Origin: a virus
Length of the DNA stretch: 64,000 nucleotides
Direction: 5' to 3' (one strand)
IMG/VR virus record: IMGVR_UViG_3300035670_010691
Location: 32,001 to 96,000 of that record
A program made the position numbers and the translations under genes. This document shows, in pieces, positions 28,813 to 39,357 of the stretch. Under the pieces are notes generated by a model, which made no database searches, had not been told where the DNA came from, and saw nothing but the letters and a program-made list of their open reading frames with translations. Every line of letters begins with the position of its first letter. The stretch's first letter is position 1.

Positions 28813-29818
28813 TGTTAATAATGAATGGGAACCTCTTAAAGAAGTAATACTTGGTACGGTTACTAACGCAAACATGCCCACACATGGGAAAGATTTACAT
28901 TGTATAAATTACGCAGACCAAGATAGTATTCCAATTGACGAAGACGGATTTTGGAATAGTAAAGTTTATTTTGAAACAAATGAAGATTTAGAAAATTTAA
29001 AAAATACGTTAGAATCAGCTGGTGTAAAAGTTCATAGACCCTCTCCAATTCAAACCAGAAATGTTATTTCAAATGGTTATTGGAAAACAAATCAATACTA
29101 TACATTTTGCCCAAGAGATACTGTAACTGTTATTGGTGATACTATTCTTGAGTCACCGATGTCCCTCCGTTCCCGTCAATATGAAACCGATTGTTTTAAA
29201 GATATTTTTATACAAAAAATGAAAGAAGGTGCAAATTGGGTATCTGCTCCAAAACCACGTTTAACAGATGATAGTTACCAAAGAGAAGACTTATCCCAAC
29301 TCACTTTACGAGATATAGAACCTGTTTTTGATGCCGCTAATATTCTTCGTTGTAATGATGATATTCTGTATCTAAATTCCAACACAGGAAACAAGTTGGG
29401 AGCACAATGGTTACAGAACTTTTTGGGTTCGAAATATCGGGTACACGTCCTTGAAAACATTTATTCATACATTCACATAGACTCAACTATTGCACTCCTT
29501 AGAGAGGGATTATGTCTTCTAAATCCCGAACGAGTAAACGAAGACAATATGCCTGAATTATTAAAAAGTTGGGATAAAATTTGGTGCCCTCCAATGGTTG
29601 ATATTGGATATCATAAAACTAATAGAGCATCGGTATGGATAGGAGTAAATCTACTTTCCATAGATGAAAACACAGTAGTGGTTGATAATAGACAAACTGA
29701 ATTGATAAAAGAACTTAAAAAGTATGGTATTGACACACTTGATGCACAAATTCGTCACTCACGAACTCTTGGTGGTTCTATGCATTGCGTAACAACAGAT
29801 TTATGGAGGGGAAAGTGA
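28805..29818 (+). CDS. amidinotransferase (StrB1/glycine amidinotransferase family)
   Basis: NEWEPLKEVILG, CPRD, FDAAN, HIDSTI, GGSMHCVT (Asp-His-Cys triad motifs). Confidence 0.88.
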   Translation: MVNVNNEWEPLKEVILGTVTNANMPTHGKDLHCINYADQDSIPIDEDGFWNSKVYFETNEDLENLKNTLESAGVKVHRPSPIQTRNVISNGYWKTNQYYTFCPRDTVTVIGDTILESPMSLRSRQYETDCFKDIFIQKMKEGANWVSAPKPRLTDDSYQREDLSQLTLRDIEPVFDAANILRCNDDILYLNSNTGNKLGAQWLQNFLGSKYRVHVLENIYSYIHIDSTIALLREGLCLLNPERVNEDNMPELLKSWDKIWCPPMVDIGYHKTNRASVWIGVNLLSIDENTVVVDNRQTELIKELKKYGIDTLDAQIRHSRTLGGSMHCVTTDLWRGK

Positions 29819-31956
29819 AATTACTTATAATTGGTGGTGCTGGGTATTTAGGAACGGAATTATGTAAAAGAGCTCTCATAGATGAGCGTGATGTTACTGT
29901 TATTGATAATTTTACATATAATCAAACTAAATTAAAAAATGTAAAATATATTAATGATGATGTAAAAAATATTTGGAAGTACAAAAAAATAGTCGAACAG
30001 TTTGACAAAATTTATTATTTAGCATCACCAAGACTTAATGAACTTAACGATAGGAAGTTAATTGACGAACATCTTTTATATTTAGAAAATACAATTAAGA
30101 TGGTTCCTGAAAACTGTGATTTTTATTTTATTAGTAGTTGTAGTGTTTATGGAAAATCAAAAGAAATAGTAAATGAAAATTCACCTGTTCAGATTACTTC
30201 CTTATATTCTGAACTAAAAATTAGAAGTGAAGAATTAATAAAAAATTTACCAAATAATTTTAAAATATTTAGATTGGCAACTTTGTATGGTGTTGGTCAA
30301 AATCAAAGAAATGATATTTTAATTAATGAATTGGTTACAGATGTTATTAATAATAAAACTTTACAGATATATGATCCAGATTCTAATAGACCCCATTTAA
30401 ATGTAAGGGATTGTGCTTTAATATTAAATAACTTGATGTTTTCGGGGTTTGAAGATAAAATTTTAAATATTGGTTTTGATTTTCAAAACATTTCAAAAAG
30501 ACAAATAGTAAATTTAATTGAAGATATATTAGAAAGAAATTTATATGTTACTTTTAATGAAACAAATGACAGTAGAGATTACAAAGTTGATTTTTCTCTT
30601 TTAAAAAAAATAATTGATATTAAAGATGAGGATATATTATCATTTAGAGATGGGATTTATGAGTTATATGTTGGAAAAATTAATTTTGCAGTTGAGGATT
30701 GGGATAGTATAATTGATTATTATAGACCTAATGGTAGTTCAAAAACTTGGTATATGGAAGAGGAAGGAAAGTTAGATTATCCAAAAATGTGGGGATTTTG
30801 GAATATTTTTGATACTCACGATTCTCAACATAAAATGTTTTCTATTGAAAATTTTAATTCACTTTCAATTCCATCATTTAGAGACGAACATCATAATTTG
30901 TTAAAAGTAAATGAGGATTCAAATGAAAATTATGTTTATTTTATAAACATTTTTGATCCATCATATTTTAAAAGAAATGAAAAAATTGGATTTTCTACAA
31001 TTCATAAGAAGTATTTGGATGATTGTAGAAGAGGTAAATGTAAAATTATTTTAGGTCTTACGTTAGAAGGATATTCTGGTATAGAAAGTAACAGAGATTT
31101 AGAAATTTTAAAAAAATGGGTGATTTGGCAAAAATTACCAAAAAGTGGAGTTCTTTACATTTCAGGTAATATTAATATTGATAAACTTCAAGAAATCAGA
31201 AATTTAAATTTTGAAGTAGTTGGATTATCTCATTTTGAAATTTGGTTAAATTTTAAGACAATATCAGATAATCCAATTAAATTTAAAAAAGACACCACTT
31301 CAAAATTATTTTTAATGCATGCCAGAAACACACGTGATCATAGAGTTAAATTTGTTTGTGACCTTATTGAAAAAAATTTATTTGAACGTGGAATGATAAG
31401 TATGGAGGCATTTACCGCAGACGATGTTTTTGTAGAACATAAGTCACTAAATTCTCTTATTGAAAAATTACCTTTGGTTATCAATGATAATTTAAATCAA
31501 AATTTATGTAATGATGTAAATTTTAATGATTATGAAAAAACATTTGTTTCCGTAATATCCGAAACTTTAATTGAAAAGGAAACATTGTTTATAACTGAAA
31601 AGACGTGGAAAGCTTTATTTGTTGGGCATCCTTTTATAATGTTTGGAAATCCATTTACTTTAAAAAAATTAAAAGAATGGGGATTTAAAACTTTTGAAAA
31701 TTGGTGGGATGAATCATATGATGAAGAAATAGATTTAGATTTAAGAATTGAAAAGATACAGAAAATTTTATTAGATTTATCTAAAAAAACAGATGAAGAA
31801 TTGATAAAGATACGGGAAGAAATGATTCCTGTTTTAAAACATAATATGAATCATTATTATTTATTTTGTGAAAAAAAATATTGTTTAGACCACAATTCTA
31901 TATACCCAAATAAACCCCTACTAAAGATAATAAAAGATTTTTTAATAAAAAAATAA
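29815..31956 (+). CDS. fusion of an NAD-dependent epimerase/dehydratase and a GT10-like 'TEK' domain
   Basis: GGAGYLG, SSCSVYG, YSELK; C-terminal VSVISET...FITEKTWK...HPF...DESYD; GTG start in GTGA overlap. Confidence 0.7.
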   Translation: MKLLIIGGAGYLGTELCKRALIDERDVTVIDNFTYNQTKLKNVKYINDDVKNIWKYKKIVEQFDKIYYLASPRLNELNDRKLIDEHLLYLENTIKMVPENCDFYFISSCSVYGKSKEIVNENSPVQITSLYSELKIRSEELIKNLPNNFKIFRLATLYGVGQNQRNDILINELVTDVINNKTLQIYDPDSNRPHLNVRDCALILNNLMFSGFEDKILNIGFDFQNISKRQIVNLIEDILERNLYVTFNETNDSRDYKVDFSLLKKIIDIKDEDILSFRDGIYELYVGKINFAVEDWDSIIDYYRPNGSSKTWYMEEEGKLDYPKMWGFWNIFDTHDSQHKMFSIENFNSLSIPSFRDEHHNLLKVNEDSNENYVYFINIFDPSYFKRNEKIGFSTIHKKYLDDCRRGKCKIILGLTLEGYSGIESNRDLEILKKWVIWQKLPKSGVLYISGNINIDKLQEIRNLNFEVVGLSHFEIWLNFKTISDNPIKFKKDTTSKLFLMHARNTRDHRVKFVCDLIEKNLFERGMISMEAFTADDVFVEHKSLNSLIEKLPLVINDNLNQNLCNDVNFNDYEKTFVSVISETLIEKETLFITEKTWKALFVGHPFIMFGNPFTLKKLKEWGFKTFENWWDESYDEEIDLDLRIEKIQKILLDLSKKTDEELIKIREEMIPVLKHNMNHYYLFCEKKYCLDHNSIYPNKPLLKIIKDFLIKK

Positions 31957-31960
31957 AAAC

Positions 31961-33124
31961 ATGAAAATAGGTTTTATAGGAGTAGGAAAATTAGGAAAAG
32001 ATGCAGCCGAAGTTATGGCTGAAAAACACGAAGTTATTGGGTACGATATAAACCAAGTCCAACCTCAAAACTTCCAAATGGTCGGTACGATTGAAGAAGT
32101 CGTACAAGACAGGGAACTCATCTTCATTGCAGTCCCAACCCCACACCATCCAGATTACGATGGCAGAGAACCAACATCACACTTACCAAATAAAGACTTT
32201 GATTACTCTATTGTAAAGTCGGTATTACAAGAAGTAGATAAATACACAACCAAAGAACAACTTGTAGTTCTTATATCAACCGTATTACCTGGTACAATTC
32301 GTAGAGAGTTTATTCAGTACTGTAATAACTTTCGTTTCATATACAACCCTTATCTTATTGCTATGGGTACGGTAAAGTGGGATATGATAAATCCCGAAAT
32401 GATAATTATCGGAACAGAAGATGGAAGTATGACCGGTGATGCCAAACTTCTACTTGATTTCTATAACACCTTCATTACCGAAGGAACAAGATACGAAGTC
32501 GGTACTTGGGATGAAGCAGAAGCAATCAAAATATTTTACAATACTTTCATATCCACCAAAGTTGCTCTCGTAAATATGATACAAGATGTAGCGGAAAAAC
32601 AAGGTAATATGAATGTAGATGTGGTTACGGGTGCACTTGAAAGATCCACCAAAAGAATTATATCAGGAATGTATATGAAAGCAGGTATGGGTGATGGTGG
32701 TGGTTGTCACCCAAGAGATAATATTGCACTTCGGTATATGGCAGAAAAATTAGAGTTGGGTTATGATATATTTGACTCCATTATGACCGCAAGAGAAAAA
32801 CAGGCAGAAAATCTTGCTAATAGACTAAAAGAATTATCACAAGAACACAATCTACCAGTTGTTATTTTAGGTAAATCATATAAACCTGATGTAGAGTATT
32901 TAGAAGGTTCAACTTCAATTCTTACAGGTTGTTTTTTAGATAAACACAACATAGAAGTAGATTATGATTGTGAGCCAAAACAAGCAGTCTATTTATTAGG
33001 TCACAGAGGAAAGTTTTATGATTATCCATTTCCTGATGGAAGTATAATACTCGATGTATGGAGGGAGTTTAAAACGGATAATCCAAGTTTAAACGTAATT
33101 CAATATGGAAACACAAGAAAATAA
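31961..33124 (+). CDS. ugd: UDP-glucose/GDP-mannose 6-dehydrogenase family protein
   Basis: GVGKLG, IAVPTP, STVLPGT, GGGCHPRD, GKSYKPD. Confidence 0.85.
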   Translation: MKIGFIGVGKLGKDAAEVMAEKHEVIGYDINQVQPQNFQMVGTIEEVVQDRELIFIAVPTPHHPDYDGREPTSHLPNKDFDYSIVKSVLQEVDKYTTKEQLVVLISTVLPGTIRREFIQYCNNFRFIYNPYLIAMGTVKWDMINPEMIIIGTEDGSMTGDAKLLLDFYNTFITEGTRYEVGTWDEAEAIKIFYNTFISTKVALVNMIQDVAEKQGNMNVDVVTGALERSTKRIISGMYMKAGMGDGGGCHPRDNIALRYMAEKLELGYDIFDSIMTAREKQAENLANRLKELSQEHNLPVVILGKSYKPDVEYLEGSTSILTGCFLDKHNIEVDYDCEPKQAVYLLGHRGKFYDYPFPDGSIILDVWREFKTDNPSLNVIQYGNTRK

Positions 33125-34409
33125 ATATATTCACCTTGTTTATGAAAAATGGGATGATGAAAATAATCAATATTTTCCAAATATTTTTCCCTTAACAGGG
33201 GAATATGAGTTTGGATATGAACCTGGTTTTTTAGATTTTTATCAAAGATTTTATAGAGCTCAATTAAATTACAATAAAGATGCCCTTCCATTCAAATCAA
33301 TTCATATTGACAATGTTAATGATGATGGTAAAAAATATTATTATTTTCTCAAAACAAGTAGAGATATAGGTTCAATATTTGAAAATTTAGAATTATCTGA
33401 AAGAGTAAAATATTTAATAAACAACAATAATAATTTCTTTATAGTATTATTAAGAGAACACGAAGCAGATTGGTATAATTCGTTTTTAACATTATATAAA
33501 TACGTAAATAAAAATAATCTTAAAGCTGATAAATTTATTATTATTTCAAATAATGCAGCAGTAGAAAAATATAATTTTAATTTTAAACATTATAAATTAA
33601 ATTTAATAAGTATGACTGCTTCTTCTATTTTTAATGAACTTGTTTCAAATTTTGTTGTTGATAAAAAAGGTAAATTTTTCTTATGTCATAATAGGACAGG
33701 AAAACTTCATAGATATTCACTTTTATCTTCACTCGAAATAGAAAATATAATAGAAGATGTTAATTGGTCATTAAATCCTACAACAAATATTATAACAGGT
33801 AAGAATAATTTAATAGAAATATTTGACAAAGATTATATAAGTAAATATGAACATATTTTTGATAAATTTTTTTCAATAAAAATTAAAGAAAGTGATTTTG
33901 AAAAAAATAAAAATTTTTACAAAGAAACAGGTGAAATAGATTTATCAAGTATAAATACAAAATTAGGTGGAGCTGGTGGTGAATCAGGAGGATTGATGAT
34001 TCCTGAATTAAATGAAACATATGAAAACTCATTTTTTAATTTAGTAACGGAATCCCATTTTCAGGATTTTTTTAAAACAATTCATATAACAGAAAAATCT
34101 TTAAGACCTTTTTACTTCTATCAATTTCCTTTGATTTTATCAACTCATGGTCATATAAAATACATGAGAAAAGAATTTAAATTAGATTTTTTTGATGATA
34201 TTATAAATCACAGCTATGATGAGGAATTCGATCAAAAAATAAGATTTAATAAATTTATAGAAGAAGTAAAAAGAATTAATTCAAATAAAGATTTTTATAA
34301 AGATTTTTATATAAAAAATTTTGATAGGTTTGAGGCTAATAAAAAGATAATTCAAAATTTGCCTAATGACACCCGAGATTTTAATTTTTTAAGAAGTTTG
34401 ATGAGTTAA
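33105..34409 (+). CDS. GT10-like 'TEK' family protein
   Basis: FLCHNR..K.HR, SFFNLVTES...ITEKSLRPF...HSYD. Confidence 0.55.
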   Translation: METQENKYIHLVYEKWDDENNQYFPNIFPLTGEYEFGYEPGFLDFYQRFYRAQLNYNKDALPFKSIHIDNVNDDGKKYYYFLKTSRDIGSIFENLELSERVKYLINNNNNFFIVLLREHEADWYNSFLTLYKYVNKNNLKADKFIIISNNAAVEKYNFNFKHYKLNLISMTASSIFNELVSNFVVDKKGKFFLCHNRTGKLHRYSLLSSLEIENIIEDVNWSLNPTTNIITGKNNLIEIFDKDYISKYEHIFDKFFSIKIKESDFEKNKNFYKETGEIDLSSINTKLGGAGGESGGLMIPELNETYENSFFNLVTESHFQDFFKTIHITEKSLRPFYFYQFPLILSTHGHIKYMRKEFKLDFFDDIINHSYDEEFDQKIRFNKFIEEVKRINSNKDFYKDFYIKNFDRFEANKKIIQNLPNDTRDFNFLRSLMS

Positions 34410-35035
34410 TGAGACTGATATGTTTTGGAGATAGTTGGACAGCCGGACACGGGTTGGAAGAAGACATTCGTTTCAAACATGAAACAAATCCAAATGACTT
34501 TGTAGTTAATTATAGAAATAACAATTCTTATCCAAGATGGTTATCTGATATACTTGGAGTTGAGTTTGTAAATATGGGGGTGGCTGGTTTTGGTAATTTA
34601 GATATTTTAGAAAGAATAAAAGAAGTAAAAGATCAAAGTCTATTTAAAAAAAATGATATAATTATAGTTCAATTTTCATATCCACACAGATATAGAACAA
34701 AAAAACCAAATAATAATCCACTCTATATTTTTCCACAAATTGAGTCTTTATTAACTCCATATAATCATTTTTATTTTAATGGGTTTTACCCTTTATTTAA
34801 AGATGAGGAATTTGATATATCCTCTTTGCCAAATTATTTTATAAATGCAAATGAAACATTAGCAGATTTCTTAAGAGATTATGAAATACAACATAATATC
34901 GGAGTGTGGGAATATGGAAGTCGTAGTGTATGGAATGATGAACGAGGTTTTTGGGAAGGCGATTATCATCCAAATTTGAGAGGATATAAATTGATTGCAA
35001 GTCATATCTATGAAAATATTGCGAGTTTTTTATGA
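34409..35035 (+). CDS. SGNH/GDSL hydrolase family protein
   Basis: FGDSWTAG, NMGVAG, DYHPN..GY. Confidence 0.75.
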   Translation: MRLICFGDSWTAGHGLEEDIRFKHETNPNDFVVNYRNNNSYPRWLSDILGVEFVNMGVAGFGNLDILERIKEVKDQSLFKKNDIIIVQFSYPHRYRTKKPNNNPLYIFPQIESLLTPYNHFYFNGFYPLFKDEEFDISSLPNYFINANETLADFLRDYEIQHNIGVWEYGSRSVWNDERGFWEGDYHPNLRGYKLIASHIYENIASFL

Positions 35036-35766
35036 AACAAAGTGAAGACCATGTATTAATTTGGAATAATCATATTGATAAATTAAAAGACATTTTTTCT
35101 GATTATATACCAAAAATATATGAAGACTCAGATTATCAGGCAATTATAATAGAAACAAGAAATCATTCGAATTTGGAGACTGTAATTAAAAATGTGATGT
35201 ATTTTTTAAATGAAACAAACTCAAATATAAAATGGAGTCTTCGTGTGTTTCATGGAAATAATAATCAAAAATTTATAAAAGAACTAACAAAAAAATGGAG
35301 AGGTGTTAGATTAACAAATTTATACTGTAATAATTTTACAATAAACGATTATAATGATTTAATGCTTTCAAAAAATTTTTGGGAAGAAATTAAAAATAAT
35401 GTCCTTATTTTTCAAACTGATTCTATTTTATTACGAGACGGTATTGACGAGTTTTTAGAATGGGAATATATTGGTGCTCCATGGGTAAAACCAAAGGAGG
35501 GTAAGTTAGTCGGTAACGGTGGGTTATCATTCCGTAAAACACAAAAAATGATTGATATTATTAATAAAAATGTATATTCTGACTTTATTAATGAAGATAT
35601 ATATTTTTGTAAATTTTTAGAGGATTTACCACCGCTTTCAGTTGCCAAACGATTTTCTGTAGAAGATATATATTATAGTAATCCTTTGGGTATTCATCAA
35701 CCAAAAATAGATCCACAAAAATTAAAAGAATTATTGGATAAAAGTTTAGAAAGAATAAAGTTATGA
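35032..35766 (+). CDS. DUF5672-like putative glycosyltransferase
   Basis: LIFQTDS, YIGAPW, GNGGLSFRK, NEDIYF. Confidence 0.7.
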   Translation: MKQSEDHVLIWNNHIDKLKDIFSDYIPKIYEDSDYQAIIIETRNHSNLETVIKNVMYFLNETNSNIKWSLRVFHGNNNQKFIKELTKKWRGVRLTNLYCNNFTINDYNDLMLSKNFWEEIKNNVLIFQTDSILLRDGIDEFLEWEYIGAPWVKPKEGKLVGNGGLSFRKTQKMIDIINKNVYSDFINEDIYFCKFLEDLPPLSVAKRFSVEDIYYSNPLGIHQPKIDPQKLKELLDKSLERIKL

Positions 35767-36731
35767 AAGTTCAAAATAGTAAAGTCCTTGTAACGGGTGG
35801 AAATGGAATGATTGGTCGTTCTCTTGTAGAACTTCTTCTTCAACAAAATAATGAAGTCACAATTGCAGATTTATTTATACCCGAAAACAAAATAGAAGGC
35901 GTGACTTATATTCAAGGTGATTTGAGATATTTTGATTTTACACAAAAAATATGTGAAGGTCAGGACTATGTGTTTCATTTAGCAGGAGTTAAAGGTTCAC
36001 CCAAAATGTCTTCAGAAAATCCAGCATCATTTATGGTTCCGATGTTACAATTCAATACCAATATGATGGAGTCTGCAAGATTGGCAGGTGTAAAGTGGTA
36101 TCTATACACAAGTTCAGTTGGAGTGTATCATCCAGCAGAAGTATTTTATGAAGATGATGTATGGAAAACATTTCCCTCACCACACGACAAGTTTCCCGGT
36201 TGGGCAAAGAGAATGGGTGAATTACAATCAGAAGCATATGACATTCAATATGGAATGAAAAATATATCCATAGTTAGACCTGCAAATGTTTATGGTCCGT
36301 ATGATAATTTTAATCCCGAAACTGCAATGGTTATTCCGTCCTTTATTCGTAAAGTAATGGAAAATGATGAAATTGAAGCTTGGGGAGACGGTTCAAACAT
36401 ACGAGATTTTATTTATTCAGAAGACGTTGCAAGAGGTATGTTATTCGTGGTAGAAAACGAAATCACAGAACCCGTTAATTTAGGTTCGGGTGAAGGATAT
36501 ACTATAAAAGAAATTATGGATACAATTATCCAACTATCAGGAAAAGAAGTAAAGGTAAATTGGTTAGTAGATAAACCTTCGGGTGACATAAAGAGATTAT
36601 TTGATATATCACGAATTTCATCAAAAGGGTTTGAGTTAAAATACGACTTACAAAATGGACTTAAAAATACAATTTCGTATTACTTGAATAATATTGAAAT
36701 TATTGATAATAGAACCCAATATTTTAAATGA
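35763..36731 (+). CDS. extended SDR sugar epimerase/reductase (Fcl-like) lacking the catalytic Tyr
   Basis: TGGNGMIG, RPANVYGP.DNF, WGDG..IRDFIY; PGWAK in place of YxxxK. Confidence 0.8.
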   Translation: MKVQNSKVLVTGGNGMIGRSLVELLLQQNNEVTIADLFIPENKIEGVTYIQGDLRYFDFTQKICEGQDYVFHLAGVKGSPKMSSENPASFMVPMLQFNTNMMESARLAGVKWYLYTSSVGVYHPAEVFYEDDVWKTFPSPHDKFPGWAKRMGELQSEAYDIQYGMKNISIVRPANVYGPYDNFNPETAMVIPSFIRKVMENDEIEAWGDGSNIRDFIYSEDVARGMLFVVENEITEPVNLGSGEGYTIKEIMDTIIQLSGKEVKVNWLVDKPSGDIKRLFDISRISSKGFELKYDLQNGLKNTISYYLNNIEIIDNRTQYFK

Positions 36732-37747
36732 GTAATAAATTATTTTTTGATTATGTTCAGTTTATAAATAATTCAGAGGGTGAAAATTTATCTGAAAAAA
36801 TTGAGTCATTTATTAAGAACACTAATATTTGTGATTCAGAAATTTTTATTGTGGGTTTATTGGAACCCTTTACTTGGTATGATATAGATTTTAAAAAGTT
36901 GGACAATTTTTTAGAAAGCAAAAAAGTTAAATTTTATTTATTTTTTGCTAATAAAATCTTTATAAGTGAAAAATTTGAAAATTTAGTTTTTCTTCATTCT
37001 CCTTCTTCATTATTGTTATTTTCAAAATATTGTTTAGAAAAAAATATAGGTAAGAAAATAGACGATATAGAAATTAATTCAAATTTTGAAAAACTGTTTT
37101 TACTTTTAATAAATAATCCCAAACCACACCGATGTTTATTATTAGACGGATTATGTAAATCTAATTTGTTAGATGCGGGAAACTATTCATTTAATTATGG
37201 ATTATATGAACATCCTTACATATTTGAATGTTATGATGGTAAAAATAAATCTTTTGATTTGCATACGAAAAAAGATATTAATGGTTTTTCTTATCTGAAT
37301 GATGAAATTGTAAAATCCAAATCATTTGTAAATTTAGTTGTTGAAACTTTTTTTCATGATAAAAGATTTGAATTTTTATCTGAAAAAACATTTTATAATT
37401 TTCTTGTAAAACAACCGTTTTTATCATTAGGAATAATTGGACAAAATCATTTAGTTAAAAAATTCGGATTTGAATTAAATGATGAGATATTTGATTATGA
37501 ATTTGATTTTTGTATTGATATCAATGACAGAGTAGATGGTGTAATAAATAACTTAAAAAAAATTCAAGGATTAAATTATAATCTTTTGTATAAAAAAATA
37601 GAAAACAAATTAGATTATAACAAAAACAGAGCAATTGATATAATTAAAAGAAGGGAATATTGTTCTGAAATGATAGATACTCTATATTTTGAAAATAAAA
37701 ATTATATAAACAACTTAAACGAATTTCAGTTTTATGACAAACACTAA
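36728..37747 (+). CDS. GT10-like 'TEK' family protein
   Basis: NNPKPHR, SFVNLVVET...FLSEKTF...QPF. Confidence 0.5.
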   Translation: MSNKLFFDYVQFINNSEGENLSEKIESFIKNTNICDSEIFIVGLLEPFTWYDIDFKKLDNFLESKKVKFYLFFANKIFISEKFENLVFLHSPSSLLLFSKYCLEKNIGKKIDDIEINSNFEKLFLLLINNPKPHRCLLLDGLCKSNLLDAGNYSFNYGLYEHPYIFECYDGKNKSFDLHTKKDINGFSYLNDEIVKSKSFVNLVVETFFHDKRFEFLSEKTFYNFLVKQPFLSLGIIGQNHLVKKFGFELNDEIFDYEFDFCIDINDRVDGVINNLKKIQGLNYNLLYKKIENKLDYNKNRAIDIIKRREYCSEMIDTLYFENKNYINNLNEFQFYDKH

Positions 37748-38705
37748 TAATTTCTATGAAAACAAAAGGATATTGGTAACAGGTGGTTCTGGTTTTTTAG
37801 CAACACATTATATAAATGAACTTGTTAAACGTGGTGCAAAAGTAAGAACAACAACACATATTAATCCTTTACAAGTTTCTTCGGATGTATTAAATCAAAT
37901 AGAAATATATCACAATGCAAATTTAAATAATCCATATGAGTGTTATACTGCAACAAAAGATATTGATTACGTAATTCACTCAGCAGGTACGATACTCCAC
38001 CCTGCAACAGTAAGAACTGATGTGCAAGTAACACTTTCACAAATTAATCTTATTTCAAATATACTTGAAGCATCTTATAAAAACGGAGTAAAAAAGTTTT
38101 TAGATCTTAACTCATCAACTGGTTATCCTGACCGACCATATCCTGTTAAAGAGGAAGAATTTTGGGATGACGAACCTTATATTGCATACTATGGATACGG
38201 GTGGATGAGAAGATATAGAGAAAAGATAATGGAACATATTTCTCATATTTCAGATATGGAAATAATCATTGCACGTGGTTCTGCTATCTTCGGCCCACAC
38301 GACAATTTTGATTTAAAAACCTGTCATGTTGTTCCTGCTCTCATAAAACGAGTATTAAGTGGTGAAGACCCGTTTGTAGTTTGGGGAAGTCCTGATGTGG
38401 TTAGAGATTTTATGTATGTAAAAGATGTCGTAAATGCAAACCTTCTTCTTTTAGAAAAAGGAGAGTCTATGTCACCCGTAAATGTGGGATATGGTGAAGC
38501 AATTACAATCGGTGGAATTGTAGATACAATATTAAAAGTTACAGGATTATCACCAAAAGTTGAATGGGATAATTCAAAACCAACTACAATACCATTCAGA
38601 ATGGTAGATACAACAAAATTAAAAAATCTTGGATTTACTCCTCAATATACTTTTGAAGATGGAATACGAGAAACAGTAGAATGGTTTAAAGAAAATGGAA
38701 AATAA
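37734..38705 (+). CDS. extended SDR sugar epimerase/reductase (Fcl-like)
   Basis: TGGSGFLA, FGPHDNF...HVVPALIKR, RDFMYV; YGWMR in place of YxxxK. Confidence 0.8.
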   Translation: MTNTNNFYENKRILVTGGSGFLATHYINELVKRGAKVRTTTHINPLQVSSDVLNQIEIYHNANLNNPYECYTATKDIDYVIHSAGTILHPATVRTDVQVTLSQINLISNILEASYKNGVKKFLDLNSSTGYPDRPYPVKEEEFWDDEPYIAYYGYGWMRRYREKIMEHISHISDMEIIIARGSAIFGPHDNFDLKTCHVVPALIKRVLSGEDPFVVWGSPDVVRDFMYVKDVVNANLLLLEKGESMSPVNVGYGEAITIGGIVDTILKVTGLSPKVEWDNSKPTTIPFRMVDTTKLKNLGFTPQYTFEDGIRETVEWFKENGK

Positions 38706-39357
38706 AAACAAGGTTTGGTTTTTTGGAGATTCATTTACTCAAAATTTAGCCGTCAAATCAGATGGTAATTACCAAAGATACAAACAAAAAAAAATGAAAA
38801 CATGGACAGAAAGTGTTTCTCATTTTTTAAATATGGATGAAATAATTGTAGCAAAAGGTGGTGAATCTTCACAATCTATTTATTTTTCTGTTATAAACAA
38901 TTTCAATAATTTTAAAAGTGGAGATTGGGTTATAGCAACAAATTCCCCTTATGTAAGAACAGTTGGTGTGGATTTTGAAAAAAAAATAATTTCAACATTT
39001 AATAATGAACAAATAGTAAATGTTATAAATACTGATAAGGGTTCTGATATAACTTGTGGGTTACCTATTGATGAAAAAAATATAAAAACTCTTATTGATT
39101 ATGTTTATACATTTATTTTACCATATGAGGATGTTTGGAATGATTATTGGGTACAAAATTTTAATAATTTAAAATTTATTTTAAAAGAAAAAAATGTTAA
39201 TTATATATTTTGGGATTATAAATTGTGGTCTGAATTTTCATCAATAACAGAAGAAACGGATGGAAAAGTAATCGATGACCATTGGGGTGAGGATGGAAAT
39301 AGAGATTTTTCAGAATACATAATTAATAGAATAAAAAACATGGTTGAAAATGAATAA
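38695..39357 (+). CDS. SGNH/GDSL-like protein
   Basis: FGDSFT ... DDHWG..GN. Confidence 0.65.
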   Translation: MENKNKVWFFGDSFTQNLAVKSDGNYQRYKQKKMKTWTESVSHFLNMDEIIVAKGGESSQSIYFSVINNFNNFKSGDWVIATNSPYVRTVGVDFEKKIISTFNNEQIVNVINTDKGSDITCGLPIDEKNIKTLIDYVYTFILPYEDVWNDYWVQNFNNLKFILKEKNVNYIFWDYKLWSEFSSITEETDGKVIDDHWGEDGNRDFSEYIINRIKNMVENE

